Positions 50,251-63,333 are shown, numbered from the stretch's first letter. The stretch is DNA of 64,000 nucleotides from Mobula hypostoma (GCF_963921235.1 NC_086108.1:55430001-55494000), one strand, 5' to 3'. Notes: a model not told the origin generated them from the letters alone. Program-made: numbers and translations.

Positions 50251-50729
50251 TTGTTTATTGCCCTTGTGTGGAGGAGAGCTTTCACCTAGTTTCACAGCTC
50301 AATTTACTGTGATCACCGTAGCTTTCATTATTCAGACATAACCTTGATTTGAAATAGCAACATTAGAACAGGCCACTTTGCTGTCTGTTTTTGTGTTTAT
50401 CTTTCACAAGAACCTATGTGATTTCCTACTCTAGTTTTCGTTTTATTTTCTCTTCTTTGAAAGACTTGAACCACTTTAAAATTATGACCATCTCTGCTTC
50501 AATCACTAACTCCTTCAGAGTATTCAGAATACCTATTTAATTTTCTGTTAGATATCCTCAATGCATTGGAAATATTGAAAACATCATAGTTTTTCATAAC
50601 TGACATCATTATAGTAATTTGTGCTTATAGATTGCCTATATTTATTGAACACATTTCTATAATTCTGTGCCCAAAATTGCACACTATGTTCTAACTGTAG
50701 CCAAAATTTTTTGTGAAAGTTTGTCATTG

Positions 50730-52550
50730 GTTCTTTACTGTTTGGAATTCTTGAAGAGGAAGTGCAAAGAGGGTGTTTGTGGTTGAAGAAGAAATCAGAG
50801 AACAGTGGAGGCAAAACAGATCCTCAGAGGAGACAAACTTGGTTTGGGTGTGAGGAATGATAATATAGTTACTGCCCAGGCAGATGTAGCAGAAAGTGTT
50901 GGAGATCTACCATTTATCCTCTCTGGTTAATACGTTATTTCACTAAACAACTAAACAACCATGACATTGAACTTAGTTGGTTTAATGACAATGTTAAACA
51001 GTATTTTGTGATCAAAGATCCAAAAGAAGCAGATGAAAGGGTCCAAAAATAATATGTGGGTATGCAAGTCAAAGGTTGCCAATGGATCAAGGACAGAGAC
51101 AGAAAAGTTATCTACTTTCAGTCATTAGTGACTTTAGTAATTATTAGGTAGTATGACAAAACAGACATCTAATTGAATCATGATTGGAGAGCTTCAGCTA
51201 TGGAGTTCTGAGAAAGATAATTTGGTATTGACATGTTCAAGGATTGGGGAGAAGAGACTGTAATTTGTAATGACTAAGGGGAAAAGTTTTTTTTGAATGA
51301 GCATGTAATGACAAATTTTAAAGAGAGTCTGAGGTGAAAGAACCATTACAATATTGTTTATGTGGGTGAGAAGATAGGAAGTTGGAGTTAACAGATTAGT
51401 TGATTGCCAGGAAGCAAAAGCTGGCTCCCATGTACAACATGGGTTTGGAGGAGGACAAGAACTGAGATGGAGATGAGATTAGAGGAAAAATAGATGTGCA
51501 TTCAGAGGTAAGTGGAAAATTAAGTTAGTTAAGGTATTTGATCAGATGATGTCAACCATTAGTGACAGTGGCCCATGAGATCCACATGACCTTGTTAGAT
51601 GTGAGTAAAAAACATAGAAACATAGAAAATATGTGCAGGAGTAGGCCATTCGGCCCTTCGAGCCTGCACTGCCATTCAGTATGATCATGGCTGATCATCC
51701 AACTCAGAACCCTGTACCAGCCTTCCCTCCATATCCCCTGATCCCTTTAGCCACAAGGGCCATATCTAACTCCCTCTTAAATATAGCCAATGAACTGGCC
51801 TCAACTGTTTCCTGTGGCAGAGAATTCCACAGATTAACCACTCTCTGTGTGAAGAAGGTTTTCCTAATCTCTGTCCTAAAAGGCTTCCTCTTTATCCTCA
51901 AACTGTGACTCCTCGTTCTGGACTTCCCCAACATCGGGAACAATCTTCCTGCATCTAGCCTGTCCAATCCCTTTAGGATTTTATACGTTTCAATCATTTC
52001 CCCCCTCAATCTTCTAAATTCCAACGAGTATAAGCCTAGTTCATCCAGTCTTTCATCATATGAAAGTCCTGCCATCCCAGGAATCAATCTGGTGAACCTT
52101 CTTTGTACTCCCTCTATGGCAAGGATGTCTTTCCTCAGATTAGGGAACCAAAACTTCACACTATACTCCAGGTGTGGTCTCACCAAGGCCTTGTACAACT
52201 GCAGTAGTACCTCTGAGTACTACTGAGTAGAGATTGGACAAATCAGATGGATTTAAAAAGTTAGTTTCCCTTCGGTAATATAGTGTTTGGATATCTCTGA
52301 ACTTCAGGATAGTCTTGGAATAAAGAGCAGTTTTGGGAGAGGAGAACATTATTTCAGAGCACTTCATAGAGTTCAGCCAGATCTCTTTCCATATATTAAA
52401 CCAGTTGTGCACATGAACATTCAAGTGTGTCCTTTTGAGCTACGTAGCTGAGCATGAGGGCTGTCACAAGAGAGACATCTGACTGAGAGAATCAGTGATT
52501 TTGATTAAGATGATGGGATAAAAAATAGTGGATTGGGTGTGGTCTCTATC
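50730..52550 (-). mobile_element. Very old L2-like LINE remnant, interrupted by CR1 at 51608-52212
   Basis: Purine-rich plus strand with patchy resemblance to reverse-complement L2 RT (e.g. 51120-51410). No ORF remains. Confidence 0.45.
51608..52212 (-). mobile_element. Young CR1 3' fragment
   Basis: Uninterrupted ORF 51704-52198 (LYKALVRPHLEY…FFTQRVVNLWNSLP). Tail (AACATAGA)2; TGAGTA on both flanks. Confidence 0.95.
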
Positions 52551-53944
52551 CAGAGGACTTGTCCCATTTCAGTTTAACTTCAACAACCTGGTTACAATAA
52601 AATCCACCAGTCTGTTCAAACCATTGTGAACAGCTGATTAATTGTTAACAATTTTTTTAAGTATAGTAGCTTCATAAAAATTGCAGTTGCTTTTTAAATA
52701 ACTAATTTTCCACTGTAGGCAACATTAAGTATTCCCTTTTGCTCACTTCTGTTGCTTTGAGAAGAGCATGAAAATATCATCTGAAGATCCTGTGGTGATG
52801 GTGCTTGCCAGGCGATGGTGGGGAATTTCTATTCTTGTTCTTCAGGATTAATGATAAAATTAATAGCACTGAGGGCTGAACTACTAATGTATACAAAGTA
52901 TCAAATAATCTCTTCCTTAAACGCCAACTGATCATAGAACTAACTAAGTTAGTAGGTTTAAGCTGTTTGGAATGAAGACACCAGATGGAGGTGACCAGGG
53001 ATAATACAGAGCATCATTCTTTTGAGACAGCAAACTTATCGTGCCAGTCTGGTAGTAGTTATGCGCATTTCATTAGTCTCAACCTACAAATTAACAAATT
53101 CTCAAGTATCATTATTTAGCATTGTATGATTTGGACTCAGCTTCTAGATTGCTTGTTCATTACCTCAAGTCACGAAGACTTCTTAAATATTGGCCTCTTT
53201 ATTGAAAACAAATAATGTGCTGCATGCATCATGTGAACAAGCAAAGTTTTAGATACATACCCCTTCTGAATATTTGCATATGACCAGTGCAGTGTAACCT
53301 TAAACTCTAAGCCAATGAGTTCTCAAATCACAGATTAGAATTGGAAGCTGTAACCACTTAAACTTAAGATGAAAGCGCTCACAACTGAGCGAGTTGATAA
53401 TACACTGACCTGGAAAATGGAGAACTGCCGGCAAGGTGTCCTTCACATGTCAGTTTATCTCCAGCTCTTTACCCATACATTGTAATACTATCATCAGACA
53501 AGCTATAGGTCAGATGCTGGCTAATCAGAGCTCCCACTTAGTCATTGAATGTATTCAATTTATACCCAGCCCTTCAACTCTGCATCAACATAGCAGGAAT
53601 AGGAACAGAGTTGTCAAACTGGAAACTCTACTATTGCTTAAAATTGCTAATTATTTTGGTTAGCGTTTGTGTCCACTGGAGATCAATTAATTTATGACCT
53701 GCAATTTTATATTTACTGATGTAGAAATGACATTGTGAGAAAGCATCAAAGGAAAAAAATATAATTGACCAATTCATTCTTCTCCAGTGCTATTTTAAAC
53801 TACAAATGTAAAAATTCTGCATAGATTCTCCCCGGCCCATAATCATAACGCTCTTTCAATCACCATTCTAATTGAGCCTGGAGGCTTCAATAGAAAAATC
53901 GTTTTTACTATTGCCTCAACCAGAAAACCATTGGATCGTAGACA

Positions 53945-55340
53945 ATAAAACATAGAAATATAATTAGGCCATTTGGCCCAACAAGTGCGCTCTGCCATTC
54001 CATCATGGCAGAGTTATTATCCCTCTTAAGCCCATTCCCCTACTGTCTTGCTGTAACCTTTGACCCCCTTACTAATCAAGAACCCACCAGTCTCTGTTTT
54101 AAATATATGCAATGACTTGGCCTCCGTAGCCATCTGTGGCAATGAATTCCACAGATTTAGCACCTTCTGGCGAAAGAAATCCCCCTTCATATCTGTTCTA
54201 AAGGGACATTCCTCTACACTGAGGCTGTGACGTATGTCCAAGACTCCCCCCTATAGTAATCATCCTACCCATGTCCACTCTATCTAGGCCTTTCAATATT
54301 CATTGGGTTTTAATGAGATACCCCCTTATTCTTCTATAGTCCAGCAAATCAGGCCAAGAGCCATCAAATGCTTCACATAAGTTAACTCTTTCATTCCCAG
54401 GATCATTCTTGGGAACCTCCTTTGGAACCTCTCCATTGCTAGCACATCTTTGTTTAAATAAGGGGCCCAAAACTGCTCCCAATACTCCAAGTGGTGTCTG
54501 GCCAATGCATTATAAAGCCTCAGCATTACATCTTTGCTTTTATATCCTAGTTCTCTAGAAATGAATGCTAACATTGCATTTATTTTCTTTACCACTGACT
54601 CAACCTGCAAGTTAACCTTGAGGGAATCCTGCATTAGGACTCCCAAGTCCATTTGCACCTCTGATTTCTGAATTTCCTTCCTGTTTAAAAAATAGTCTAA
54701 AGTGTAGGCCGTTCGGTTTCCAACTTGTTGTCCATGGACCCCTCTGTTAATGGTAGGGTCCATGGCATAAAAAAGGTTGGGAACCCTGGTCTACATCTTT
54801 TCCTTCTACCAAAGTGTATGACCATACGCTTCTCTACACTATATTTCATCTGCCACTCATTTGTCCATTCTCCTGATCTGTTTAAGTCCTTCTGCAGACT
54901 TCCTGCTTCTTCAACATTACCTGCCCCTCCAACTGTCTTTGTATCTTCTGCAAACTTGGTCACAAGGCCATCAATTCCATCATGCAGATCATTGACCTAT
55001 AATCTGAAAAGAAGCGGTCACAGTACCAACCCTGACAGAACACTACATATCACCACCAGCCAACCAGCCAACCAACCAGTAAAAGCCCCATTTATCCGCA
55101 ATCTTTGCCCCCTGCCAGTCAGGCGACCTTCTTTCCTCTAATACTATGGCTGTTATCATGTTTAGCAGCATCATGTGTGGCACCATATCAAAGGCCTTCT
55201 GAAAATCCGAGTATCAAAATTCATTCATTCTCCTTTGTCTATCTTGCTTGTTATTTCCTCACCTCAAAGAATTCTAACAGATTTCTCAGGCAAAATTTCC
55301 CCTCAAGGAAATCATGCTGACTTTGGCCTATTGTATCATG
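53945..55340 (-). mobile_element. CR1 LINE 3' portion
   Basis: ORFs 54697-54963 (KFAEDTK), 54326-54763 and 54026-54241. Confidence 0.9.
54714..54788. mobile_element. Small hAT/Charlie-like MITE inside CR1
   Basis: Imperfect TIRs GGTTTCCAAC…GTTGGGAACCCTG, an internal inverted repeat CCATGGACCC/GGGTCCATGG, and a duplicated GTCTA-containing target. Confidence 0.65.
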
Positions 55341-55493
55341 TGTCTCCTGTGCCCCAATTGATCATTTGTCTCTGACATATCTGCAATTTCCTAGTGTCAT
55401 TGCAAAATACACATTTATTCAATACCAATCTCCTCTTAACAATCTATCCTCCTCTAGGAAATGAAACACTAGTATAATTGATTGAGTAACATG

Positions 55494-55627
55494 GTCCTGA
55501 TGAAGGATCTCAGCCCAAAATGTCTGCTGTTTATTCCCTTCTGTAGACGCTATCTGTCTTGCTGACATCCTTCAGCATTTTGTGCGTATTGTTCAAGATT
55601 TCCAGCATCTGCAGAAACTCTTTTGTC
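55494..55627 (+). mobile_element. Solo PLE terminal unit beginning at the hammerhead motif (degenerate)
   Basis: GTC-CTGATGA-AGGATCTCAGCCC-AAAATGTC, followed by the pLTR end and tail. Confidence 0.8.
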
Positions 55628-55730
55628 TATAATTGGTTAAATTCTTCAGTTCTACAGCAAAGTGCAGGTAGAATGTATTATTAATATTTTATTATAGTTA
55701 AATTATTTCTCAAGCTTCTGCCCCCTCCCA

Positions 55731-56000
55731 TGGTGGCATAGTAGCACAGTGGTTAGTGTAACACTATCAGAGCACCAGCAATCAGTAATGCTGTCTGTAC
55801 ATTCTCCCCAGTACAATGTGGGTTTCCTCCCACATTCCAAAGATGTAAGGGTTAGGGTTAATAAGTTGAGGGCATGCTATTTTGGTGTGGGAAGCATGAC
55901 GACACTTGCAGGCTGTCTCCAGCATATCTTCAGCCTGTGGTTGTTGATGCATTTCAGTGTATGTTTCAGTGTTTTGATGGACATATGACAAATAAAGCTA
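55731..56000 (+). mobile_element. V-SINE variant with non-CR1 tail
   Basis: tRNA-like head (tagcacagtggttag), partial V-domain (gggtttcctcccacattccaaagat) and tail 'atgacaaataaagcta'. Confidence 0.72.
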
Positions 56001-56784
56001 TTTTTTAAATTAAATTTACTAACCAGCCAGAGAAAAAAATTCCAAGGAATCTTTCATTGTGGCATAGTGGCACAACAAGTAGAGCTATTCCCTCTAGACT
56101 TCTGTGATCTTTCTCGTGCCGTCTACGAACAGGTTTAGGTTTCTCTGTTTCTGCATTGATTCTTTTGGGTATATTGATGTCTTTCCACATCACAAGCGTG
56201 GTTCAGTGCAATAATTGCCCTAGTTTGTAGCTGCGAAGAGCTGATGGTGGAGTTGTATGGAGACGAGGATATAGAACAATTGTAGCGGAACAGTGTTGCT
56301 GAAGAGCTGACAAAATTAATTTGCTGAAATACTGTCTTGTACAGTAGATTGTAAGAAAATATGGAAATGCCTACTGTCATGCTGAACAGAATGATTTGTT
56401 GAGATTTCAGCAAACATGATTGCATTAAGCTCACTAGTCCTTCATTGGGCGACAAGACTATCAATTAAGTTTGAACATATAGCCAAATATAGAGGTGTAT
56501 TTTCAAACACATCAAGGAAAACAAATTATAGGTTGTCTATGCAGAATAATCAGCAACAATGCTCAGTGTAAAGCAGAGCATTTTCTTAGGCTAGTGAGTG
56601 ACATATAACCGTCTATCCAACTCCAGTCTGTTGTCTTAAACTTGCTGTCAGCTGGTACACGTCTCAAGCTAGGATGAGTGGCAAAGTAATAACACATTCA
56701 AAAGAAGCTATAAAGGTTCACTGAAAATCTTCCTATTTTCACTTGTTAATTTTGAAAGTGGTTGACTGTTTTGTTTTCATTGCT

Positions 56785-57235
56785 CTCCTTATCACTTGGG
56801 TAAAAAATGGTGAGACCCTCCTGTAAAACCACCATGCTCCCTCAGCTGGAGGTACTTCCACAGTGTTATTGGGTAGGGAACCACGATTTTCAGCCAGATG
56901 TAATGAATAAACAATGATATGTTTCCAAGTTGGGACGTTGTATACCCTGAAGACCTTTCATGTAGTTTGGTTTCCATGCACCTTCAATGCATGACTGTGG
57001 ATGGTTGTGCATTTAGGAAGTGCTGTTGGTGTGCTGTGTGTTTAATAAGGTGCAGACTGCAGCCAGAATGTGGTGATGTCAGGAAATGTTTAGGATTATG
57101 GGTTCAGTGCTAACCGACTGGGCTGTTTTGTCCTAGATGCTCGATTTCATGAATGGTACTGAAACTGCATTCACCCTGACAAGTAGAGTATGGAGATCAT
57201 ATTTCTGATTTAGGCTTTGTCGAGGAAGGCTGAGC
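56785..57235 (-). mobile_element. Old L2/CR1-group LINE 3' fragment
   Basis: Resembles a reverse-complement LINE 3' region (cacagtgttattgggtaggga…atatgtttccaagttggga…gggctgttttgtcctagatg). Confidence 0.55.
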
Positions 57236-60114
57236 TTGTTATTGACATGTATCTTTCTTATTGTGATTGTTAGGAAGCGTGTATCTTTTAAGTGACTGTT
57301 ACCTGAAACTAAAGCTGTCCAAATTTACCTTTTAGAAACTTTTATTTGTGAGTTCAGATGCAAAGTAAAGTAGTGTTTGCCTGCAAAGATTTAGATTTAT
57401 TTCTGTTTTTCTGTGTAAATGTATTTATCATTGAGTACAACGTTCTGCCAAAAACGTTTGTCTAATTTGGGAGTATGAGATTTAAAATTAGTGCTTCGTA
57501 ACAATAACCAATAGCAAAAAGACAATTCAAACTTGTTTTTTTACTGAGTAGTACAATGGTATTGAAATGGCTTTCATTCTGTGACATAACTAATTTTTAC
57601 ACACCTATAACAAAATAACTTGTTCTAGTCAGAATATAACCTAAGGCTTGCTATTCCTTTTATTATTCAAGCATAGAATGGAACACTAAAAAATCCTTGT
57701 TGAATGAGGTGCTTTATATGTCATGACTATTGCATTGATGTATCGGTCTTCTAAGACCAGCCTGTATCACGGCTTTCACTCTTTTAAGAGAAATACAGGT
57801 ACCCTCGGTATAGTGGGGGTATTGCGTTTCTAAAGAAATGGTCTGTATCATAATCTTTCAAAGCAAAAAGTAGCATCATACGTACACGTGTAAAGAAATG
57901 GAAGTTGAAAAAATTAATTCTGTAGTTACTTTTTTTCCCCACTTGAAATCTGTAAGAGCATTCTTTTCTGTATCTCAAATTTTGGGCAGTGATTTGTGAA
58001 TTTAGTAAGGTTGAATTTCCATAACCTGAATGGCCATAACATGGGGATCATACGTTTCAGCCTGTCAATTTAATTTCACTTGCCTTTGTAACATCCAAGA
58101 CTCAAGCCACCTTTCCAGGTGCAGCAGTAATTTATTTTCCAATTTAGCTTTCAATTTAGTTTATTGCATTCAGTGGACTTTGAATAGATGAAATCAAATG
58201 CAAATCAAGTAATCTCTTTGCAAAACACATCTATTCAGTCTTCAAATTTGACCCCATGTTATCAGTTGTCTGTAAATTTAATTTTAAATCCTACTCCAAA
58301 TCTGGTTGCTGGTTTTGACCTGCACTGTTCCAATGAATATGCGAATGAGGAAGAGGATTTGGCTACTCGGCACTTCAAGCTTACTACTCATTTAAAAAAG
58401 ATCATGGCTTATCTGATAATATTCTCAACACTGGATTACCCTTAAACCCTTACTTATCAAGTATCAATCTAGCAGTGCTTTAAAAATTGAAGACAGTGCT
58501 TCCACTCCTTTTTTGACAGAGAGTTCCAAAGACCCTTCTGACTGAAATCATTTTGCCTCTTCTGTCTAAGATGGAAGTAATTTGTTTTGAAACAGTGACA
58601 CCTTGGTTACAGGTTCTCCAGCATCAGCTTAACATCAGTTTTGTTACAAACCTTTACCATTTACCTGTTTCAATTTTTTTTTCTCTAAATTGCTTGCAAT
58701 GCATTGACATCCTTCCCTGAAAAAAGATAATTGCGCTGTACGCGTACTTCAGTTGTGATCTCACTAATGGCCAAAATACTTAAAAATATAATCTCCCCTA
58801 GTAATAAACAATGACAGTATTAGCTTTCTCAATTCTCTGCTATTACTGAATACTAGCCTTTTATGCATTATGCTTTAGAACACCCAGTGTATATGAAGGT
58901 TATAAATAGGGTCATACACTATATTGAATCCCATTCCATTTATGTGGCTGTGTTGTTCCTGCTCTGCTCATCTGACTTTCAGTTATTAAGTGATGAACCG
59001 TAAATTAATAAGCCCTCCAGAAACAAGTTTTCTTAAAAAACTTATTTTCTTTGAAACGCAGTTTTTGAGAACCAGACTTGTGCTGAAATAGTCCATTTAA
59101 TGAGTCATGCTGCTGTCTCATCCAGAAATGGAATAAAAGAATCCTCTTAAATACTCCATATGTTTATAAATATATTAAAAACCAATCTTGTTAAGCCCAT
59201 TTTTTAATTTTTGTAGGTAAAATATGTTGCTCTTAAAAACAAAGTATAAATAGGCTCAGATGATAATTGCACCGTCATGTGCACTGAGAAACTCAGGCTG
59301 ATAAGGTTTCTAAGTTCCATCCATGGTCTACAGTATACTAATCTGCACTTCAGCAGTAAACGTTGTCCATTTGGTTGACCTTGAGAAAGAAGGAGAATAT
59401 CAAGGAATCCTTTTCATGCTGTAATTTAAGTAAAGCTTGCAGAAATATGCATGAATGGTTGTTGTGGAAATAGTTCTGTATTTAAAAAACCTTCTGACTA
59501 AGTTTGCATACAGAATTTTCAACAATTATGACTCCACCACAGGTCAGTATCTGCAAAGGCAAATTGGGGAGGGAGGGTAGATTGAAAAAAAACAAAACTA
59601 TATTTGTTTTTTTCATGTTACTTGGTGCAGATGAATCCCATTCCATTCCTGTCCTGATGCCTTTTTTAAAGTCAAATAAAAGTATTGAAATCATTACTTA
59701 TTGAAGTTAATTATTACAGTCAATAACATTTTAACTGCATCAGTCAACCAGAAAAATAAGTTCACCTTAATGTTTGTACAACAACAAATCAATAAATAAT
59801 TTCAACATGATAAAAAGCCCAAGCAGTAGTGGGTGAAATAATCAAAACATTGAGTAGAAAATTAAAACTACAAAATGTTTGAAATGTTACTTTGTGCTAG
59901 ATTCCTACAAATTGAAATTTATTTTTTGTTCATTAAATGTATGTAAAATATACATAGAAATGTCCTACAGGTTAAAAAGAAGATCTCTCCAATATGGATC
60001 TCACATTGCATTGAATAATTACACTTTTTTAACTCTCAAAATTGTACAGTTTTGCTTCACAATTCAGGTGATAGTTACTCATGCTCCGAATGTTGCCATT
60101 TTAAAACATGGAAT

Positions 60115-60255
60115 AAAAACACAAAAATGCAAAACCCGCTGGTGCTGGGTATCAAATTTAAAAACAAATCCTGAAGATACTCATCAGGTCAGGCAGCATT
60201 GATAGAAAGAGAAAAAAGAGTTAACATTTCATGCTGGTGATGATCTCATCAGAAC
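60115..60255 (-). mobile_element. Solo PLE-type terminal unit (third family) with degenerate hammerhead
   Basis: Minus strand GTT-CTGATGA-…-GAAAT-GTT-AAC (60220-60255), followed by 'atgctgcctgacctgatgagtatcttcagg'. Confidence 0.65.
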
Positions 60256-60444
60256 AGCAGCCTGCACTGATAATGCACCCTTAATATGAAAACCTCTGAA
60301 AACATTTTGCTGGGTTTTCAGTAAATATCCTCTGACTAAAGAAGTAAGCTCTCAGAAAGGTAAATGAAAACTTGAAACGGAGCTTTTTTGTTTTGGAAAT
60401 ATACAGCACGTGTTGACAATTTGAGAGGGAAAAACAGCTAAGAG

Positions 60445-61243
60445 TTAAACCGAGGCAGGTGATCCACATAGATCAGGCTTCTGCTGTAGCTGGCAGGAAA
60501 ATCTCTGACAGCTACTTCGTGATACTGTTGCCTATGTGCAGGACAGAGGGGGTGGATGCCTTCCTGGTCAGCGTGAACCAGGAGCTGGCCTTCAACAGGA
60601 TATCATGTACATACATAATGGATGTTGTGCTCTCCAAAATGTATTTTGGGGAGGGAAGCAGAAACTAGATCCAACTGCTCTGCACTGATATCTATACATC
60701 CACTGATGTTCATATCAGTGAGCAGGAGACACAGTTCCCCTTCAAATCTGAAGTCGGGTAGCATTGTTTACTTTCCCATCTTGCGTGTATGCTATTTAGA
60801 GCCCTTTCCCAAATCCATCAGGAAGGACGGGCGCTTACGTTAGACAGGTGTCGTTGTCAGCACACTTGTCAAAACTACCCTGTACATGGATATGTCGCTG
60901 TCTTCTGCTCAGATCCATGGTCACTTTGCAGATTGGTCGGCAATTATGACCAGCTTAAGTTGGCATCAGGGGCCAGAGTCAACTCCAGGAAGTGCAAGGC
61001 CACTGTCTTTGGTAACTGACCCAACCGACCCTTCACAGTCAGACTCAACTACCTGAAACTGCTGGGGAACTGGCTCGGAGGGACGGAGGTATGTAACAAT
61101 AGTTGGCCGAAGATGATTGGGAAGGCAAAACAAAAATTGGGTCTCTGGAATGACATACTCTGTCAATAACTGCTTCTTCATTTGTGTACATTTTATACAC
61201 ATTTTTATCATGAATAAAGTTTAATTTTGAAATTGCAAAAAAG
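60445..61243 (+). mobile_element. Tx1-like (L1 group) RT fragment joined to an AATAAA/A-tail
   Basis: AVAGRKISDS…GVDAFLVSVNQELAFNRISCTYIMDV…FGEG and VAVFCSDP…LASGARVNSRKC (ORFs 60459-60668, 60789-61019). AATAAA at 61213, then oligo-A. Confidence 0.75.
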
Positions 61244-61267
61244 TCCACTGCATTTACCCCATTGTGT

Positions 61268-61305
61268 GGGTCCTGATGAAGGGTCTCAGCCCGAAACGTC
61301 GACTG
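61268..61305 (+). ncRNA. Minimal type I hammerhead ribozyme motif
   Basis: GGGUC-CUGAUGA-A-GGG(UCUCAG)CCC-GAAAC-GUC-GACUG. Core intact; stem I GUC/GAC plus a G·U pair. Confidence 0.78.
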
Positions 61306-61402
61306 TGCTTCTTCCTATGGATGCTGTCTGGCCTGCTGTGTTCCACCAGCATTTTGTGTGTGTGTGTTATTGAATTTCCGGCATCTGCAGATTTCCTCGT
61401 GT
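61272..61402 (+). mobile_element. Solo PLE terminal unit starting at the hammerhead, with 10-bp flanking direct repeat
   Basis: TTGTGTGGGT at 61262-61271 and 61403-61412. The body is the hammerhead, pLTR end and tail. Confidence 0.9.
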
Positions 61403-61439
61403 TTGTGTGGGTATAAGCCTCATTTCTCATGGGATACTT

Positions 61440-63016
61440 GGTTTCTCAGCTCTGCCATGCCATTTCTATTTCTATGGTATTTTAGAGAAATAACATTCAT
61501 TCCTGTTATGAACTTCTGGACCTTGGCCTTTTATGACCTTAAATAACTTAGGCTACCTAATATCTGACTCCTGTAAGAAAGTTAGTTCATTATCTTTGAA
61601 ATGTTATTCAAACTCATTTTTTGGAATGACTGAAACAACCAAACAAGTGTCCAATTCCATTTTATTTTATGTTCCTTTCACTTCTCGTGTAAGCCATATT
61701 GTTCACCTATTGTTGGTTTTCACATCACAAATCTCAAGGCCAACCAGTCCTGTGTCTCTCTCATCATTATCAGATTTTTCATCAGCAGCATGCAGATTAG
61801 TGCTGTTTTTGAAACTGCAACTTTTTATCTTTTTCTCTCCCCTGTGCAGTTTCCTTTATTTTTGTCTGTCTGACATGCTCTTTATATGTTTCCTACTGTG
61901 TTGTATTTTCTGCAAATTTCAACTTTAACCCTGCATTGGTCTGGTGTATGTGAGCCCCTGCTACACGGTAACACAATTTGTTCAGCTTGGCGGGTTTCTG
62001 TTTAGAGATTGTAATTTTGTTCACATGCACGTTCATTCCTGACTACAACTCAATTGTGTCTCTGTTTCAATTGATACAGCGATAGCAACTGCTATTTTAA
62101 ATTTGAGTTGTGCTTCAGTTTGGAGCTATTTTTGAATGCTTTATAAGAAAATTCCACAAACTAAACTATTTCTCAGTGTATCATTAAGCCTATCAATTGA
62201 CAATGCTCAGACAATTGTTTTCAATTCAGCCTTGTACACGGAAATGGACTCCCCTTCCTTTTGATCCTGCTTATGGAACCTAGAGTATTCTGCAATCAAT
62301 AATGGCTTTGGTTCTAAATGTTCCTGCATTATATTCACAACATCAGCAAAACCCATCTTAATTGCTTTGATTGGTGCAGAGAAACTTTGAAGCAAATATA
62401 TGCTTTTCCACTAATAGTCAGCAATTGCATTCAGTAAAACTGGCACCCATTTCTCATTGGCTATTCCCTTTGCTTTAAAATACTGCTCAATTCGCTCAGT
62501 TTACAATATCCAGTTATTTCTTATGCAATTGAACCCATCTATCTTTCCAATCTAGCCAGCCATTTCTGCTTTTTTCTTAAATTTATGGTTATTATCACCC
62601 TGTATTCACTCTTTTTGAACCTGTGAATTTGCCCCTTTTCTTTTTTTAACTCAGTTGACTCTGTCCCTTCTTGAAGCACAAGCTGCATTTTTTTTATAAC
62701 TTCGATGTCTTGTTGCACTTCACTCGTCAGTAGTTGTCTCAGGTTCATTTAAAACTTCCTCATCGCCAGTGTTATGTTTAGTAACCCCAAGACATAAAGC
62801 TGATTGAAAGGAAAACACAGAACTGGGAGATGCATTTCTTTGTTTCATTTTTGCTTTAGCAAGGTGCACACGTATGGCATGGTGACATGATGACTTGTGC
62901 CATTCATGTAATTTTACATAAAACCCATAATGAATTATATAAAAATGAAGAATGCCTAGTCAAACAATATATTTATAATATTATTCATATATTACTGAAA
63001 TATTAAATACATGTCA
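61440..63016 (-). mobile_element. Gypsy LTR retrotransposon 5' part: LTR (62770-63016), PBS, decayed gag-protease
   Basis: On the minus strand the LTR ends …CATAACA, then PBS-like CTGGCGATGAGG (62758-62769). Gag ORF 62207-62395 (HLEPKPLLIAE…FHKQDQKEGESISVY…LK). Protease motif MELDTC near 61640-61660. Confidence 0.88.
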
Positions 63017-63333
63017 CCCATCAGTGGAAATAATATCCATTAATATTAATATTGTGAAATTAATTAGAACCTTGGGAATAGGTGCAGTATAAATTAGGAT
63101 ATTGTTTTTTGTCACTTGATTTACACTGAGATATTAATTACCATCTTGTATAGTAAACATGGTTAGCAAGTTTTGGTTACTAAGAATTAGATTTTTACGT
63201 AGCCTGCAAAACCTCAGAAATATAGTCACAGACCCATTTCCCATTCTACTGGCATCTATTTTAGGTGCATTTGATACATCTCTGAAATTAGGAACAAGTA
63301 TATTGTTTGTAAGGTCCTGAAGTGGGATTCATC

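Noticed and set aside
60622..60843. 'RRHS' motif as a PDE4B4/PDE4D3-type first exon (…RRHSWI)
   Set aside because: Lies inside the Tx1-like RT remnant, lacks the WI residues and has no suitable donor.
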